Position numbers and translations under genes: made by a program
The notes under the pieces: model-generated
Told to the model about the DNA's origin: nothing
The model's input: only the letters and a program-made list of their open reading frames with translations
Databases searched by the model: none
Shown: positions 54,553 through 64,000 of the stretch, piece by piece
Numbering within the stretch: position 1 is the first letter of the stretch
How the letters are laid out: each line of letters starts with the position of its first letter
Assembly: GCA_045637805.1 (NCBI GenBank)
Contig: JAZUAE010000021.1
Coordinates: 1,638-65,637, forward strand
Source: Clostridia bacterium
Lineage (GTDB): Bacteria > Bacillota > Clostridia > Christensenellales > UBA1242
DNA: 64,000 bases
Direction: 5' to 3'

Positions 54553-55182
54553 ATGAATAAAGCTATACTTGGTAAGAAAATTGGTATGTCACAGATCTTT
54601 ACCGACAAAGGTTTGGTTATCCCTGTGACAGTTGTTGAAGCTGGTCCTTGTGCTGTATCTCAAATAAAGACTGTTGAGAAAGATGGTTACAATGCTGTTC
54701 AACTCGCTTTTGTTGATACAAAGGCTAATAGAATTTCAAAGGCTGAAGCTGGCCATTTGAAAAAAGCTAATATCGCTCCAAAGAAATACTTAAAGGAATT
54801 TGATATTTCTGCAGACGGTTTAGAACTTGGCAAAGAAATCAAATGTGATGTTTTTGCTGAAGGTGACAAGATCGATGTATCTGGTTACACTCGTGGTAGA
54901 GGTTTCACTGGTAATATTCAAAGATGGAATCACCACAGACTTATGATGACTCACGGTGTTGGTCCTGTACATAGAGAAGTTGGTTCACTTGGTGCTAACT
55001 CAACTCCATCTAGAGTATTTAAGAACCACAAAATGCCTGGTCAATATGGTAACGAAAAAGTTACAATTCAAAATCTCGAAATCGCTAAGGTTGACGTTGA
55101 CAGAAACTTACTTTTAATCAAGGGTGCTATACCTGGTGCTAAAGGTTCTGTTGTTACAATCAAAACAGCGGTTAAGGCGTAA
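54553..55182 (+). CDS. rplC: 50S ribosomal protein L3
   Basis: ILGKKIGMSQIF, DGYNAVQL, KMPGQYG, IKGAIPG. Confidence 0.97.
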   Translation: MNKAILGKKIGMSQIFTDKGLVIPVTVVEAGPCAVSQIKTVEKDGYNAVQLAFVDTKANRISKAEAGHLKKANIAPKKYLKEFDISADGLELGKEIKCDVFAEGDKIDVSGYTRGRGFTGNIQRWNHHRLMMTHGVGPVHREVGSLGANSTPSRVFKNHKMPGQYGNEKVTIQNLEIAKVDVDRNLLLIKGAIPGAKGSVVTIKTAVKA

Positions 55183-55199
55183 GGCGGGAGGAAAGAGAT

Positions 55200-55820
55200 A
55201 TGCAAACTAAAGTTATTAACATAAAAGGCGAAGATGCTGGTAAGATTACTCTTTCTGACTCAGTATTCAAAGCACCTTATAATGAAGCGCTTATTCACCA
55301 AATAGTTGTTGCTTACCTTAACAATCAAAGACAAGGTACAAAAAGCACACTTACACGCTCTGAAGTTCGTGGTGGTGGACGTAAGCCTTGGAAACAAAAA
55401 GGAACCGGTAACGCTAGACAAGGTTCTATCCGCGCTCCACAATGGATCAAGGGTGGCGTTGTATTTGCTCCAAAACCAAGAGATTTCTCTCAAAAGGTTA
55501 ACAAGCAAATGAAGAAAGGAGCTTTCATTAGCGCACTTTCTAAAATGATGGAAGAAAAGGCAGTTATCGTTCTTGACGAACTTAACCTTGATGCTATCAA
55601 AACACAAACAATGGTTGAGATTTTAAACACTCTTAAAATTAACAAGAGAGTTACAATCGTTACAACTGAAGCTGACGAGAAAGTTGTTCTTTCTTGCAGA
55701 AACATCTCTAACGTAAATGTTGCTACTGCTGATACTCTTAACACTTATGATTTAGTAGTATCTGACAAAGTTGTATTTACTAAAGATGCAATCAAAAAGA
55801 TCGAGGAGGCTTGTAAGTAA
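55200..55820 (+). CDS. rplD: 50S ribosomal protein L4
   Basis: RQGT.ST.TRSEVRGGGRKPWKQKGTGNARQGS. Confidence 0.97.
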   Translation: MQTKVINIKGEDAGKITLSDSVFKAPYNEALIHQIVVAYLNNQRQGTKSTLTRSEVRGGGRKPWKQKGTGNARQGSIRAPQWIKGGVVFAPKPRDFSQKVNKQMKKGAFISALSKMMEEKAVIVLDELNLDAIKTQTMVEILNTLKINKRVTIVTTEADEKVVLSCRNISNVNVATADTLNTYDLVVSDKVVFTKDAIKKIEEACK

Positions 55821-56110
55821 TGTTAGCTCACGATATTATTAAAAGACCGATCCTTTCTGAAAAGACTTATTCAGACATCGCTAACAAGAAATATACTTTC
55901 GAAGTAGCAAAGTCTGCTAACAAGACTCAAATTAAGAAAGCGGTTGAAGAAATCTTCAAAGTAAAAGTTGAAAGCGTAAACACAGCTAATGTGTTTGGAA
56001 AAATTAAAAGACAAGGAAAACACGAAGGACTTACTGGTAATTATAAGAAAGCCATCGTTCAGTTGACTGCTGATAGCAAATCAATTGCGTTCTTCGATAG
56101 TTTATCATAA
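55820..56110 (+). CDS. rplW: 50S ribosomal protein L23
   Basis: IIKRPILSEK, ANKTQIK.AVE.IF.VKV, KKAIV. Confidence 0.96.
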   Translation: MLAHDIIKRPILSEKTYSDIANKKYTFEVAKSANKTQIKKAVEEIFKVKVESVNTANVFGKIKRQGKHEGLTGNYKKAIVQLTADSKSIAFFDSLS

Positions 56111-56128
56111 GAGAGGGGAGAGTAAATT

Positions 56129-56956
56129 ATGGCAGTTAAAAGATTTAAGCCGATGACCGCTGGTACTAGATTTAGATCAGCACCTTCCTTTGACGAAATT
56201 ACAACATCTAAACCAGAAAAAAGTCTCTTAGTTACTAAGAAAAAATCTGGTGGTAGGAACGTTCAAGGTAAAATCACTGTTAGACATATCGGTGGTGGAA
56301 ATCGTCAAAAATATAGAGTTATCGATTTTAAGAGAAATAAAGATAATATTCCTGCAAAAGTTGCATCTATCGAGTACGATCCAAACAGATCTGCTTACAT
56401 TGCACTTTTAAACTATGCTGATGGTGAGAAGAGATATATCTTAGCTCCTATCGGTCTTACAGTAGGTGATACTGTAATGAGCGGCGCTAACGCTGAAATT
56501 AAAGTTGGAAACACTTTAGCACTCGCTGACATTCCTGTAGGTTCTGTTGTTCACAACATTGAATTTACTCCAGGACGTGGTGGTAAAATCGCAAGAAGTG
56601 CTGGTATTTCTGCACAATATATGGCTAAAGAAGGAAATTATGCTACACTTCGTATGCCATCAGGTGAAATGAGAAAAGTTCTTGCTACTTGCCGTGCTAC
56701 TATCGGTCAAGTTGGTAACGTAGAACATGAAATCGTTTCTCTTGGTAAAGCTGGTAGAACACGTCACATGGGCGTTAGACCAACAGTTCGTGGTTCTGTT
56801 ATGAACCCTGTTGATCACCCACATGGTGGTGGTGAAGGTAAGGCTCCTGTTGGACACGCTGGTCCTATGACTCCTTGGGGCAAACCTGCACTTGGTTTAA
56901 AGACAAGAAAGAAGAAAAATCGTAGCAATAAATTAATTGTTAAACGTATTAATTAG
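56129..56956 (+). CDS. rplB: 50S ribosomal protein L2
   Basis: [27 protein letters not shown]. Confidence 0.98.
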   Translation: MAVKRFKPMTAGTRFRSAPSFDEITTSKPEKSLLVTKKKSGGRNVQGKITVRHIGGGNRQKYRVIDFKRNKDNIPAKVASIEYDPNRSAYIALLNYADGEKRYILAPIGLTVGDTVMSGANAEIKVGNTLALADIPVGSVVHNIEFTPGRGGKIARSAGISAQYMAKEGNYATLRMPSGEMRKVLATCRATIGQVGNVEHEIVSLGKAGRTRHMGVRPTVRGSVMNPVDHPHGGGEGKAPVGHAGPMTPWGKPALGLKTRKKKNRSNKLIVKRIN

Positions 56957-56967
56957 GAGAGGGAAAT

Positions 56968-57252
56968 ATGAGTAGATCAATTAAAAAAGGCCCATTCATT
57001 GCTGAAAGTCTTTTAAAGAAAATCAACGCAATGAACGCAGCTAATGAAAAACAAGTTATCAAAACATGGTCACGCGCTTCTACAATTATTCCAGAAATGA
57101 TCGGTCATACAATCGCTGTTCATGATGGTAGAAAACACGTTCCTGTTTACGTAACATCTGAGATGGTTGGCTTCAAATTGGGAGATTTCGCTCCTACATG
57201 TACCTACAAACCATACAAGGGTACAGCTACAACCAAGGGAGGTAAGAAATAA
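56968..57252 (+). CDS. rpsS: 30S ribosomal protein S19
   Basis: [29 protein letters not shown]. Confidence 0.97.
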   Translation: MSRSIKKGPFIAESLLKKINAMNAANEKQVIKTWSRASTIIPEMIGHTIAVHDGRKHVPVYVTSEMVGFKLGDFAPTCTYKPYKGTATTKGGKK

Positions 57253-57638
57253 TGGCAACTAGACAAAGAGTTAAAGCAGCTAATAGAATTGCTAACGCTG
57301 ATAAACGTGCAAAAGCTATTGCCAAAAACATTAGAATATCTCCTTCTAAAGTTAGAATTGTTCTTAACCAAATCCGTGGTAAGAATTACTCAGAAGCTGA
57401 GGCTATCTTAAAGTATATGCCTAACGCTGCAACAGAGAGCATCTTAAAAGTTCTCCAAAGTGCTGGCGCTAACGCAGAAAACAACCTAAACTTAAACAAA
57501 GCAGACCTATTTGTTGCTGAAACTTTTGTTGACGGTGGACCTATCTTAAAGAGATTCCAACCTGTTAGCAAAGGTAGAGCACATGAAATCAAGAAACGCA
57601 CAAGTCATATTACAGTGATTCTTGATGTTAGGGCGTAG
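57252..57638 (+). CDS. rplV: 50S ribosomal protein L22
   Basis: RISPSKVR, SA.ANAENN, KGRA..I.KRTSHITV. Confidence 0.97.
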   Translation: MATRQRVKAANRIANADKRAKAIAKNIRISPSKVRIVLNQIRGKNYSEAEAILKYMPNAATESILKVLQSAGANAENNLNLNKADLFVAETFVDGGPILKRFQPVSKGRAHEIKKRTSHITVILDVRA

Positions 57639-57647
57639 GAGATTATT

Positions 57648-58328
57648 ATGGGACAAAAAGTTAATCCAAAAGGTATGAGAATTGGCGTTATCAAGGGCTG
57701 GGATAGTCAATGGTACGCAGATAAAAAGAATTTCGGTAAAAACATTCTTGAAGATAACAATATCCGTAAATTTATTAGCAAAAACTATAAAACTTATGGT
57801 ATCTCAAAGGTTATCATCGAGAGAAGTGCCGAGAAATTAACAGTTTCAATACACACTTCTAGACCAGGTATGGTTATCGGTCAAAAAGGTGCTGGCGTTG
57901 AAGCTATGAAAGCACAAATTGCTAAGATTTCTGCAGCAAAAGTTGTTAATATTAATGTTGTTGAAATCAAATCTCCTGATACTGATTCTAAGCTCGTTGC
58001 TGAATCAATCGCTTCTCAATTAGAAGCTCGTGTTGGTTTTAGAAGAGCTATGAAACAGGCTCTTAACAGATGCACAAAAGCTGGCGTTAAGGGTATCAAA
58101 ATCACTGTTGGTGGTAGACTTGATGGTGCTGAAATCGCTAGAAGTGAATCTTATCATGAAGGTTCTCTTCCACTTCAAACACTTAGAGCTGATATCGACT
58201 ATGGTTTTGCTGAAGCAGATACAGGATATGGAAAACTTGGTGTTAAGGTTTGGATTTACAAAGGCGATCGTCTTGGTAAACAAAAGTTGACATCAAACGC
58301 GGGAGGAAACAATCATGTTGATGCCTAA
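57648..58328 (+). CDS. rpsC: 30S ribosomal protein S3
   Basis: [35 protein letters not shown]. Confidence 0.97.
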   Translation: MGQKVNPKGMRIGVIKGWDSQWYADKKNFGKNILEDNNIRKFISKNYKTYGISKVIIERSAEKLTVSIHTSRPGMVIGQKGAGVEAMKAQIAKISAAKVVNINVVEIKSPDTDSKLVAESIASQLEARVGFRRAMKQALNRCTKAGVKGIKITVGGRLDGAEIARSESYHEGSLPLQTLRADIDYGFAEADTGYGKLGVKVWIYKGDRLGKQKLTSNAGGNNHVDA

Positions 58329-58746
58329 AAGAGTAAAAAGAAGAAGAGTACAACGCGGTAGAATGACAGGTAAAGCTACTCGTGGTAACAAAGTAGTTCA
58401 TGGCGACTTAGGTATTGTTGCTACAGAGCCATGCTGGATTACTTCAAACCAAATCGAGGCTGCTCGTGTCGCTATCAATAGATATACAAAACGTGGTGGA
58501 CAAGTTTGGATCAATATTTTCCCAGACAAGCCAGTAACAAAGAAACCTGCTGAAACTCGTATGGGTTCTGGTAAAGGTTCTCCAGAATACTGGGTTGCTG
58601 TTGTTAAACCAGGTAGAGTATTATTCGAAATCGGTGGTGTTAAGGAACAAACAGCTAGAGAAGCACTTACTCGTGCAACTTATAAGCTTCCTTGCAAAAC
58701 TAAGATTATCGCAAAAGAAGTAGTAAGCCAAGAGGAGGAAAAGTAA
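58315..58746 (+). CDS. rplP: 50S ribosomal protein L16
   Basis: [28 protein letters not shown]. Confidence 0.97.
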   Translation: MLMPKRVKRRRVQRGRMTGKATRGNKVVHGDLGIVATEPCWITSNQIEAARVAINRYTKRGGQVWINIFPDKPVTKKPAETRMGSGKGSPEYWVAVVKPGRVLFEIGGVKEQTAREALTRATYKLPCKTKIIAKEVVSQEEEK

Positions 58747-58747
58747 G

Positions 58748-59014
58748 ATGAAAAATGCAGAAATCGTTAGTTTAACAGACGTTGAACTTCAAGATAAACT
58801 TGTTAGTTTAAAACAAGAACTTTTCAATCTTCGTTTCTCTCATGCTACTGGTAGTTTAGCTAATCCACTCCAACTTCGTGAGTGTAAAAGAAACATTGCT
58901 AGAGTTAAAACAGCTCTTAAAGAAAGAGAGCACGGTATTGCAAAATCTAGCCCTAAAGCAGAAGCTAAGCCTGCAAAGGTTACTAAAAAGGCATCTGTTA
59001 AGGCTGGAAGGTAA
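58748..59014 (+). CDS. rpmC: 50S ribosomal protein L29 with C-terminal extension
   Basis: LKQELFNLRF..ATG.L.NP....KRNIARVKT. Confidence 0.95.
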   Translation: MKNAEIVSLTDVELQDKLVSLKQELFNLRFSHATGSLANPLQLRECKRNIARVKTALKEREHGIAKSSPKAEAKPAKVTKKASVKAGR

Positions 59015-59022
59015 GGTGAATT

Positions 59023-59286
59023 ATGGCAGAAGTTATTAGAAATGAAAGAAAAACTAGAATCGGTATAGTTGCAAGCAACAAGATGGATAAAACTATCACT
59101 GTTGAAGTGCATACTAAAGATAAACATCCGATCTATAAAAAAACAATCAACAAAACATCTTCATTTAAAGCACATGATGAAAAGAATGAATGCTCAATTG
59201 GTGACACTGTAGAGATCGAGGAAACAAGACCTCTTAGCAAAACCAAGAGATGGAGACTTGTTAGAATAGTTGAAAAAGTTAAGTAA
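59023..59286 (+). CDS. rpsQ: 30S ribosomal protein S17
   Basis: [33 protein letters not shown]. Confidence 0.97.
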   Translation: MAEVIRNERKTRIGIVASNKMDKTITVEVHTKDKHPIYKKTINKTSSFKAHDEKNECSIGDTVEIEETRPLSKTKRWRLVRIVEKVK

Positions 59287-59303
59287 TAAAGGGGAGAAAG
59301 ATT

Positions 59304-59672
59304 ATGATACAACCACAAACAAGATTAAAAGTTGCTGATAATACTGGTGCAAAAGAAATTATGTGTATCAGAGTGCTTGGTGGATCATTCAGAAGAAGTG
59401 GCAATATCGGTGACGTTATTGTTGCATCTGTAAAATCTGCTATCCCTGGTGGCACAGTTAAAAAGGGTGAAGTTGTTAAAGCGGTTATCGTTCGTACAAC
59501 TAAAGGTCTTCGTCGTCCAGACGGAAGCCACATCAGATTTGATGAGAATGCTGCAGTTATTATTGACAACCAAAAATTACCAAGAGGAACTCGTATTTTT
59601 GGACCTATAGCGCGTGAGCTTCGTGATAAAGATTACATGAAAATTATATCTCTAGCGCCTGAAGTTTTATAG
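59304..59672 (+). CDS. rplN: 50S ribosomal protein L14
   Basis: [35 protein letters not shown]. Confidence 0.98.
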   Translation: MIQPQTRLKVADNTGAKEIMCIRVLGGSFRRSGNIGDVIVASVKSAIPGGTVKKGEVVKAVIVRTTKGLRRPDGSHIRFDENAAVIIDNQKLPRGTRIFGPIARELRDKDYMKIISLAPEVL

Positions 59673-59681
59673 GAGTGAGTT

Positions 59682-60182
59682 ATGAAAAATTTGAATGTAA
59701 AGAAAAATGATACAGTCGTCGTTATCACAGGTAAAGACGCTGGTAAAAAAGGAAAAGTTCTTGAGGTAAATGCTAAAACAAATAGAGTAGTAGTTGAAGG
59801 CGTAAACATTGTTAGCCGTCACACTAAAGCTCGCAAGGCTCAAGAAAAGAGTCAAATCGTAAAGAGAGAAGCTGCTATTGATGTTTCTAACGTTATGATC
59901 CTTTGCCCTAAATGTGGTAAAGCAACTAGAGTTAAACACATTATAGTTGATGGAAAAAATGTTAGAGCTTGCAAATGCGGTGAAATTCTTGACAAAAAGT
60001 TTGTAAAAGAAACTGAAAAGAAAGCTGTTAAAGCTGAGAAGCCAGCAGCTAAGAAAACTGAAAAAGTCGAAAAGAATGAAACAGCTGAAAAGAAAGAAAC
60101 TGTTAAAAAAGTGAAAGCTACAGCTGCTAATTCTAAAACCACAAAACTCACCACTGGTAAAAAATCTCAGAGGGGCGTGTAA
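59682..60182 (+). CDS. rplX: 50S ribosomal protein L24 with long C-terminal extension
   Basis: KKNDTVVVITGKDAGKKG, VVEGVN, EAAIDVSNVM, CPKC...CKC. Confidence 0.95.
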   Translation: MKNLNVKKNDTVVVITGKDAGKKGKVLEVNAKTNRVVVEGVNIVSRHTKARKAQEKSQIVKREAAIDVSNVMILCPKCGKATRVKHIIVDGKNVRACKCGEILDKKFVKETEKKAVKAEKPAAKKTEKVEKNETAEKKETVKKVKATAANSKTTKLTTGKKSQRGV

Positions 60183-60193
60183 GGGGATAAATT

Positions 60194-60745
60194 ATGGAAA
60201 AAACACAAAACAGACTTAAAGAAGTGTACCAAAAAGTTGTTGTTCCAGCATTAATCAAAGAGTTCGGTTATAAGAATGTTAACCAAGTTCCAAAGCTTGA
60301 AAAAATCGTTCTTAACATGGGACTCGGTGATGAAGCTAGCAACAGTAAAAGTTTCAACTTAGCAGTAGATGAACTTGGTCTTATTGCTGGTCAAAAACCA
60401 GTTGTAACAAAAGCTCGTAAATCTATCGCAAACTTCAAACTTCGTGAAGGTATGAAGATTGGTGCTAAAGTTACTCTTCGTGGTACAAGAATGTATGAGT
60501 TCTTTGATAAATTTATGTCAATCGCACTTCCACGTGTTAGAGACTTCAGAGGATTAAATCCTAATGCTTTTGATGGCAAAGGTAACTATGCTTATGGTAT
60601 TAAGGAACAATTAATTTTCCCAGAAATCATCTATGATAAAATTGAGAAAATCCGTGGTTTGGATGTATGCTTTGTAACAACAGCCAAAACCGATGATGAG
60701 GCTAGAGCATTGCTTAAAGCAATGGGTATGCCTTTCAAAGCGTAA
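60194..60745 (+). CDS. rplE: 50S ribosomal protein L5
   Basis: [37 protein letters not shown]. Confidence 0.98.
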   Translation: MEKTQNRLKEVYQKVVVPALIKEFGYKNVNQVPKLEKIVLNMGLGDEASNSKSFNLAVDELGLIAGQKPVVTKARKSIANFKLREGMKIGAKVTLRGTRMYEFFDKFMSIALPRVRDFRGLNPNAFDGKGNYAYGIKEQLIFPEIIYDKIEKIRGLDVCFVTTAKTDDEARALLKAMGMPFKA

Positions 60746-60755
60746 GGGGGATATA

Positions 60756-60941
60756 ATGGCAAAAAAATCAATGATTAATAAACAACAAAAACCACAAAAG
60801 TATTCTACTCGTGAGTATACCAGATGTTCTATCTGCGGAAGACCTCATGCTGTACTTAAAAAGTATGGAATTTGCAGAATATGCTTTAGAAACTTAGCTT
60901 ACAAGGGTGAAATCCCAGGTGCTAAGAAGGCTAGTTGGTAA
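60756..60941 (+). CDS. rpsN: 30S ribosomal protein S14, Zn-binding type Z
   Basis: RCSICGRPH...CRICFR; ATG 60756. Confidence 0.96.
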   Translation: MAKKSMINKQQKPQKYSTREYTRCSICGRPHAVLKKYGICRICFRNLAYKGEIPGAKKASW

Positions 60942-60956
60942 TAGGAGGAATGAAAA

Positions 60957-61352
60957 ATGGTAAACGATCCTATCGCAGATTTATTAACAAGAATTAGAAA
61001 TGCTCAAGTAACAAAGAAGACTGTTGTTGAACTTGAAACTTCAAGCATGAAGAGAGCTATCGCTCAAATCTTACTTGACGAAGGATACATCAACGGCTTT
61101 GAAGAGAAAAAAGATGGCATTTTTACAAACCTTGTTATCAATTTAAAATATGGTCCTAATGGAGAAAAAGTTATTACTGGTTTAAAGAGAATTTCTAAGC
61201 CTGGTCTTAGAGTTTACGCTGGTGTAGCTGATCTTCCAAAGGTTTTAAATGGCCTTGGCATTGCCATCGTTTCTACACCAAAAGGTGTTATGACTGATAA
61301 AAATGCTAGAAAACTTGGAATTGGTGGCGAAGTTATCGCCTACATTTGGTAA
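60957..61352 (+). CDS. rpsH: 30S ribosomal protein S8
   Basis: [32 protein letters not shown]. Confidence 0.98.
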   Translation: MVNDPIADLLTRIRNAQVTKKTVVELETSSMKRAIAQILLDEGYINGFEEKKDGIFTNLVINLKYGPNGEKVITGLKRISKPGLRVYAGVADLPKVLNGLGIAIVSTPKGVMTDKNARKLGIGGEVIAYIW

Positions 61353-61363
61353 GGAGGGTAGCT

Positions 61364-61909
61364 ATGAGTCGTATTGGTAGAGAACCTATTATATTACCTA
61401 ATGGCGTAAACGTTGACCGCAGTGACGAAAACATCGTTGTTGTATCTGGTCCAAAAGGCGCTCTTAGACAATTCGTAGATCCTTGCATCGTTATCGAAAA
61501 AGGTGAAAACAGCATCATTTTAAAGAGAACTTCAGAAGCTCGTGATGTTAAATCTAAACATGGTATGTATAGAGCAGTTCTTAGCAACATGGTAAAAGGC
61601 GTAACAGAAGGCTTTAAGAAATCAATTTCAATAAAAGGTGTTGGTTATAAAGTTGCAATTTCTGGCAACACAATAACTTTTAACATTGGATTATCTCACC
61701 CAGTTAACGTTGAGATTCCATCAGACATTACATGTACTTGCACAAATCCTACTACAGTTGAAATCTCTGGTATTGATAAAACTAGAGTTGGTCAATTCGC
61801 AGCAGATTTGAGAGCAATTAAACCTGTTGAACCATATCACGGATATGGAATCTTCTACACAGATGAAGAAGTTAGAAGAAAAGAAATCAAGAAAGGTGCA
61901 AAAAAATAA
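61364..61909 (+). CDS. rplF: 50S ribosomal protein L6
   Basis: MSRIGR.PI, GPKG.L, GVGYK, G.SHP, VGQFAA. Confidence 0.96.
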   Translation: MSRIGREPIILPNGVNVDRSDENIVVVSGPKGALRQFVDPCIVIEKGENSIILKRTSEARDVKSKHGMYRAVLSNMVKGVTEGFKKSISIKGVGYKVAISGNTITFNIGLSHPVNVEIPSDITCTCTNPTTVEISGIDKTRVGQFAADLRAIKPVEPYHGYGIFYTDEEVRRKEIKKGAKK

Positions 61910-61926
61910 GGAGTGAATAGATAGTT

Positions 61927-62295
61927 ATGTTTAACAAAATTGATAAGAACACAATGAGAAAGAATAAACATGATAGAATCAGATTTACATTAAAAGGTAC
62001 ATCTGAAAGACCTAGACTTAATGTTTATCGTTCTACTGCTCATATTTATGCACAAATCATTGATGATGAAACAGGAAAAACTCTTTGCAGTGCTTCTACA
62101 TTAGAGAAAGCCCTAGCATCTAAGATTGCTGGTAAGACAAAGAATGAGCAGGCTTATATAGTTGGTGCTGAAATAGGCGCTAAAGCTAAAAAATTAAAAA
62201 TTAAAAAAGTCGTTTTTGATCGTGGCGGATACATTTTCACAGGCCGTGTTGCACAGCTTGCTGAAGGCGCTAGATCAGCTGGACTTGAGTTTTAG
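61927..62295 (+). CDS. rplR: 50S ribosomal protein L18
   Basis: RPRLNVYRS..HIYAQIIDD, VFDRGGY...GRV..LA.GAR..GL.F. Confidence 0.97.
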   Translation: MFNKIDKNTMRKNKHDRIRFTLKGTSERPRLNVYRSTAHIYAQIIDDETGKTLCSASTLEKALASKIAGKTKNEQAYIVGAEIGAKAKKLKIKKVVFDRGGYIFTGRVAQLAEGARSAGLEF

Positions 62296-62303
62296 GAGGA
62301 CGT

Positions 62304-62918
62304 ATGGCAGACATTGAAAATATCGTAGTTGATGTTCCACAAGAACAAGTTAAAGAAAAGAAAACTCGCACATTTAATGTTGAAAATAAGGACTCTAAAC
62401 GCGAGCCTAGACAAAGACGCGAAAGAAAAGATAGCGACAGACAAAATGACGGTATCGATAAGAAAATGGTTAATGTTAACCGTATTTCTAAAACCGTTAA
62501 AGGTGGTCGTAAAATGCGTTTCAACTCACTTGTAGTTGCTGGCGACAGAAACGGTAAAGTGGGTGTTGGCATGGGCAAGGGAACTGAAGTTACTATTGCT
62601 ATTGACAAAGCTACACAAGCAGCTAAGAAGAACATGATTTCTGTAGAGCTTAAGGGTACAACAATTCCTCATGAGGTTATCGGTGTATTCGAAACAACTA
62701 AAGTTATCATGATGCCTTCTAAAGAAGGTACTGGTGTTATTGCCGGTGGTGCTGTTCGTGACGTTGTTGAGCTTGCTGGTATCAGAGATATCACTACAAA
62801 ACTTTACGGTTCTAACAACCCTGCTAACTGTGTTAAAGCTACATTTGATGGCCTTAGCAAACTCAGAAGTGCTGAAACAATCGCTAGACTTCGTGGCAAG
62901 AAAGTGGAAGAAATTTAG
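62304..62918 (+). CDS. rpsE: 30S ribosomal protein S5 with N-terminal extension
   Basis: NRISKTVKGGR, VVAGD.NG.VG.G.GK, GTGVIAGGAVR. Confidence 0.97.
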   Translation: MADIENIVVDVPQEQVKEKKTRTFNVENKDSKREPRQRRERKDSDRQNDGIDKKMVNVNRISKTVKGGRKMRFNSLVVAGDRNGKVGVGMGKGTEVTIAIDKATQAAKKNMISVELKGTTIPHEVIGVFETTKVIMMPSKEGTGVIAGGAVRDVVELAGIRDITTKLYGSNNPANCVKATFDGLSKLRSAETIARLRGKKVEEI

Positions 62919-62935
62919 GGGCGAGGTAACATAAA

Positions 62936-63292
62936 ATGGCAGAAACAAAGAAAACAACAGCTACTAAAACAACTGTAGCTAAGAAAACAACTACAGCTAA
63001 AACTACAACAAAGAAAACAGCGGCTCCAAAAGTAGAAGAAGTTAAAGCTTCTGAAGCTGTTAACACTCCTGTTGAAGTTAAAGCTCCTGTTAAGAAAGAG
63101 AAAAAAGCAGGTCCAAGCCTTAAGATTACTCTTGTTAAGAGTGGTGCTGGCAGACTTGCTAAACAACAAAAAACACTTGTTGCTCTTGGCTTAAACAAAA
63201 TTAACGCAGAGGTTATCAAACCTGATAACGCAGCTGTTAGAGGAATGCTTTTCGTTGTAAAGCACTTAGTTAAAGTAGAAGAAGTTAAGTAA
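62936..63292 (+). CDS. rpmD: 50S ribosomal protein L30 with long N-terminal extension
   Basis: C-terminal LKITLVKS...Q.KTL.ALGL.K.....DN.AVRGM..V.HLVKVEE. Confidence 0.92.
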   Translation: MAETKKTTATKTTVAKKTTTAKTTTKKTAAPKVEEVKASEAVNTPVEVKAPVKKEKKAGPSLKITLVKSGAGRLAKQQKTLVALGLNKINAEVIKPDNAAVRGMLFVVKHLVKVEEVK

Positions 63293-63303
63293 GGAGAAAA
63301 TTT

Positions 63304-63747
63304 ATGAAATTACACGAATTATCACCTGCACCTAATTCTCGTAAGACTGTAAAAAGACTTGGTCGTGGTATCGGCTCTGGTCTTGGAAAGACTTCAGGAA
63401 AAGGTCATAAGGGTCAAAACGCTCGTTCTGGTGGTGGTGTAAGACCAGGATTTGAAGGTGGACAAATGCCTCTCATTCGTCAACTTCCAAAACGTGGCTT
63501 TACAAACATATACAGAAAAGAGTATACTACAATTAACGTATCAACTCTTGAACAATTCAAAGAGGGTACAGTTATTACAGCAGATATGCTTAAATCTAAA
63601 GGCGTGATTTCTAAAATTGCACCTTTCGGACTTAAAGTACTTGGAAATGGTACATTAACAAAGGCTTTAACAGTTAAAGCTGCTAAATTTACAAAATCAG
63701 CTAGTGATAAAATTACACAAGCTGGTGGAACTATCGAGGTGTTATAA
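63304..63747 (+). CDS. rplO: 50S ribosomal protein L15
   Basis: [38 protein letters not shown]. Confidence 0.98.
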   Translation: MKLHELSPAPNSRKTVKRLGRGIGSGLGKTSGKGHKGQNARSGGGVRPGFEGGQMPLIRQLPKRGFTNIYRKEYTTINVSTLEQFKEGTVITADMLKSKGVISKIAPFGLKVLGNGTLTKALTVKAAKFTKSASDKITQAGGTIEVL

Positions 63748-64000
63748 TGTTTAAAACCCTAGCAGAAGCATTTAAAAATCCTGACATAAGAAAAAAGATC
63801 TTAATAACAGTTCTTTTGTTATTAATTTATAGACTCGGTTGTCACATTACGGTACCAGGACTTGCTCCTGAAGTATATGCTAGCGCAACTAGTGATGGGG
63901 GAATCCTTTCACTTTTGAATGCGATTACAGGTAGTGCATTAGCAAATGGTGCATTCTTTGCTTTGGGTGTTACACCTTATATTAATGCGTCTATTATCGT
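63747..64000 (+). CDS. secY: Preprotein translocase subunit SecY (5' part, runs off the window)
   Basis: [38 protein letters not shown]...FFALGVTPYINASII. Confidence 0.95.
   Translation, partial: MFKTLAEAFKNPDIRKKILITVLLLLIYRLGCHITVPGLAPEVYASATSDGGILSLLNAITGSALANGAFFALGVTPYINASII

Noticed and set aside
55260-63219. Numerous antisense and alternate-frame ORFs in the ribosomal cluster
   Set aside because: Expected shadows from biased codon usage of highly expressed genes

Overview
64-kb chromosomal window from a low-GC Firmicute. Gene content and the S10 leader suggest Clostridia, probably an uncultured gut-type lineage (inference). It holds housekeeping genes: sufC/sufB, dnaD/dnaC, sbcDC, typA, metG, secA, prfB with its +1 frameshift site, tsaD, rpmG-secE-nusG-rplK-rplA, and the S10-spc ribosomal cluster up to a partial secY. 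It also holds a GDP-heptose/glycosyltransferase cluster and a stand-alone tRNA-Ala/tRNA-Ile pair. The most unusual structure lies directly behind tRNA-Ile (25.3-31.6 kb): seven small, unrelated gene units separated by eight direct repeats built from the tRNA 3' end (CTACCATAA core) plus a terminator-like hairpin. The left and right halves of these repeats are reshuffled across the core, two units start with degenerate inverted copies of the tRNA and extra hairpins, and no integrase is present in the window. This is a candidate integrase-less, tRNA-anchored gene-cassette array. Other oddities: two paralogues built of tandem RNA-polymerase alpha-CTD-like repeats, a 1288-aa repeat protein between secA and prfB, at least eight apparently leaderless genes, a prfB shift site without the usual internal Shine-Dalgarno, and long Lys/Ala-rich extensions on ribosomal proteins. 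All calls come from reading motifs by eye; no database searches were run.
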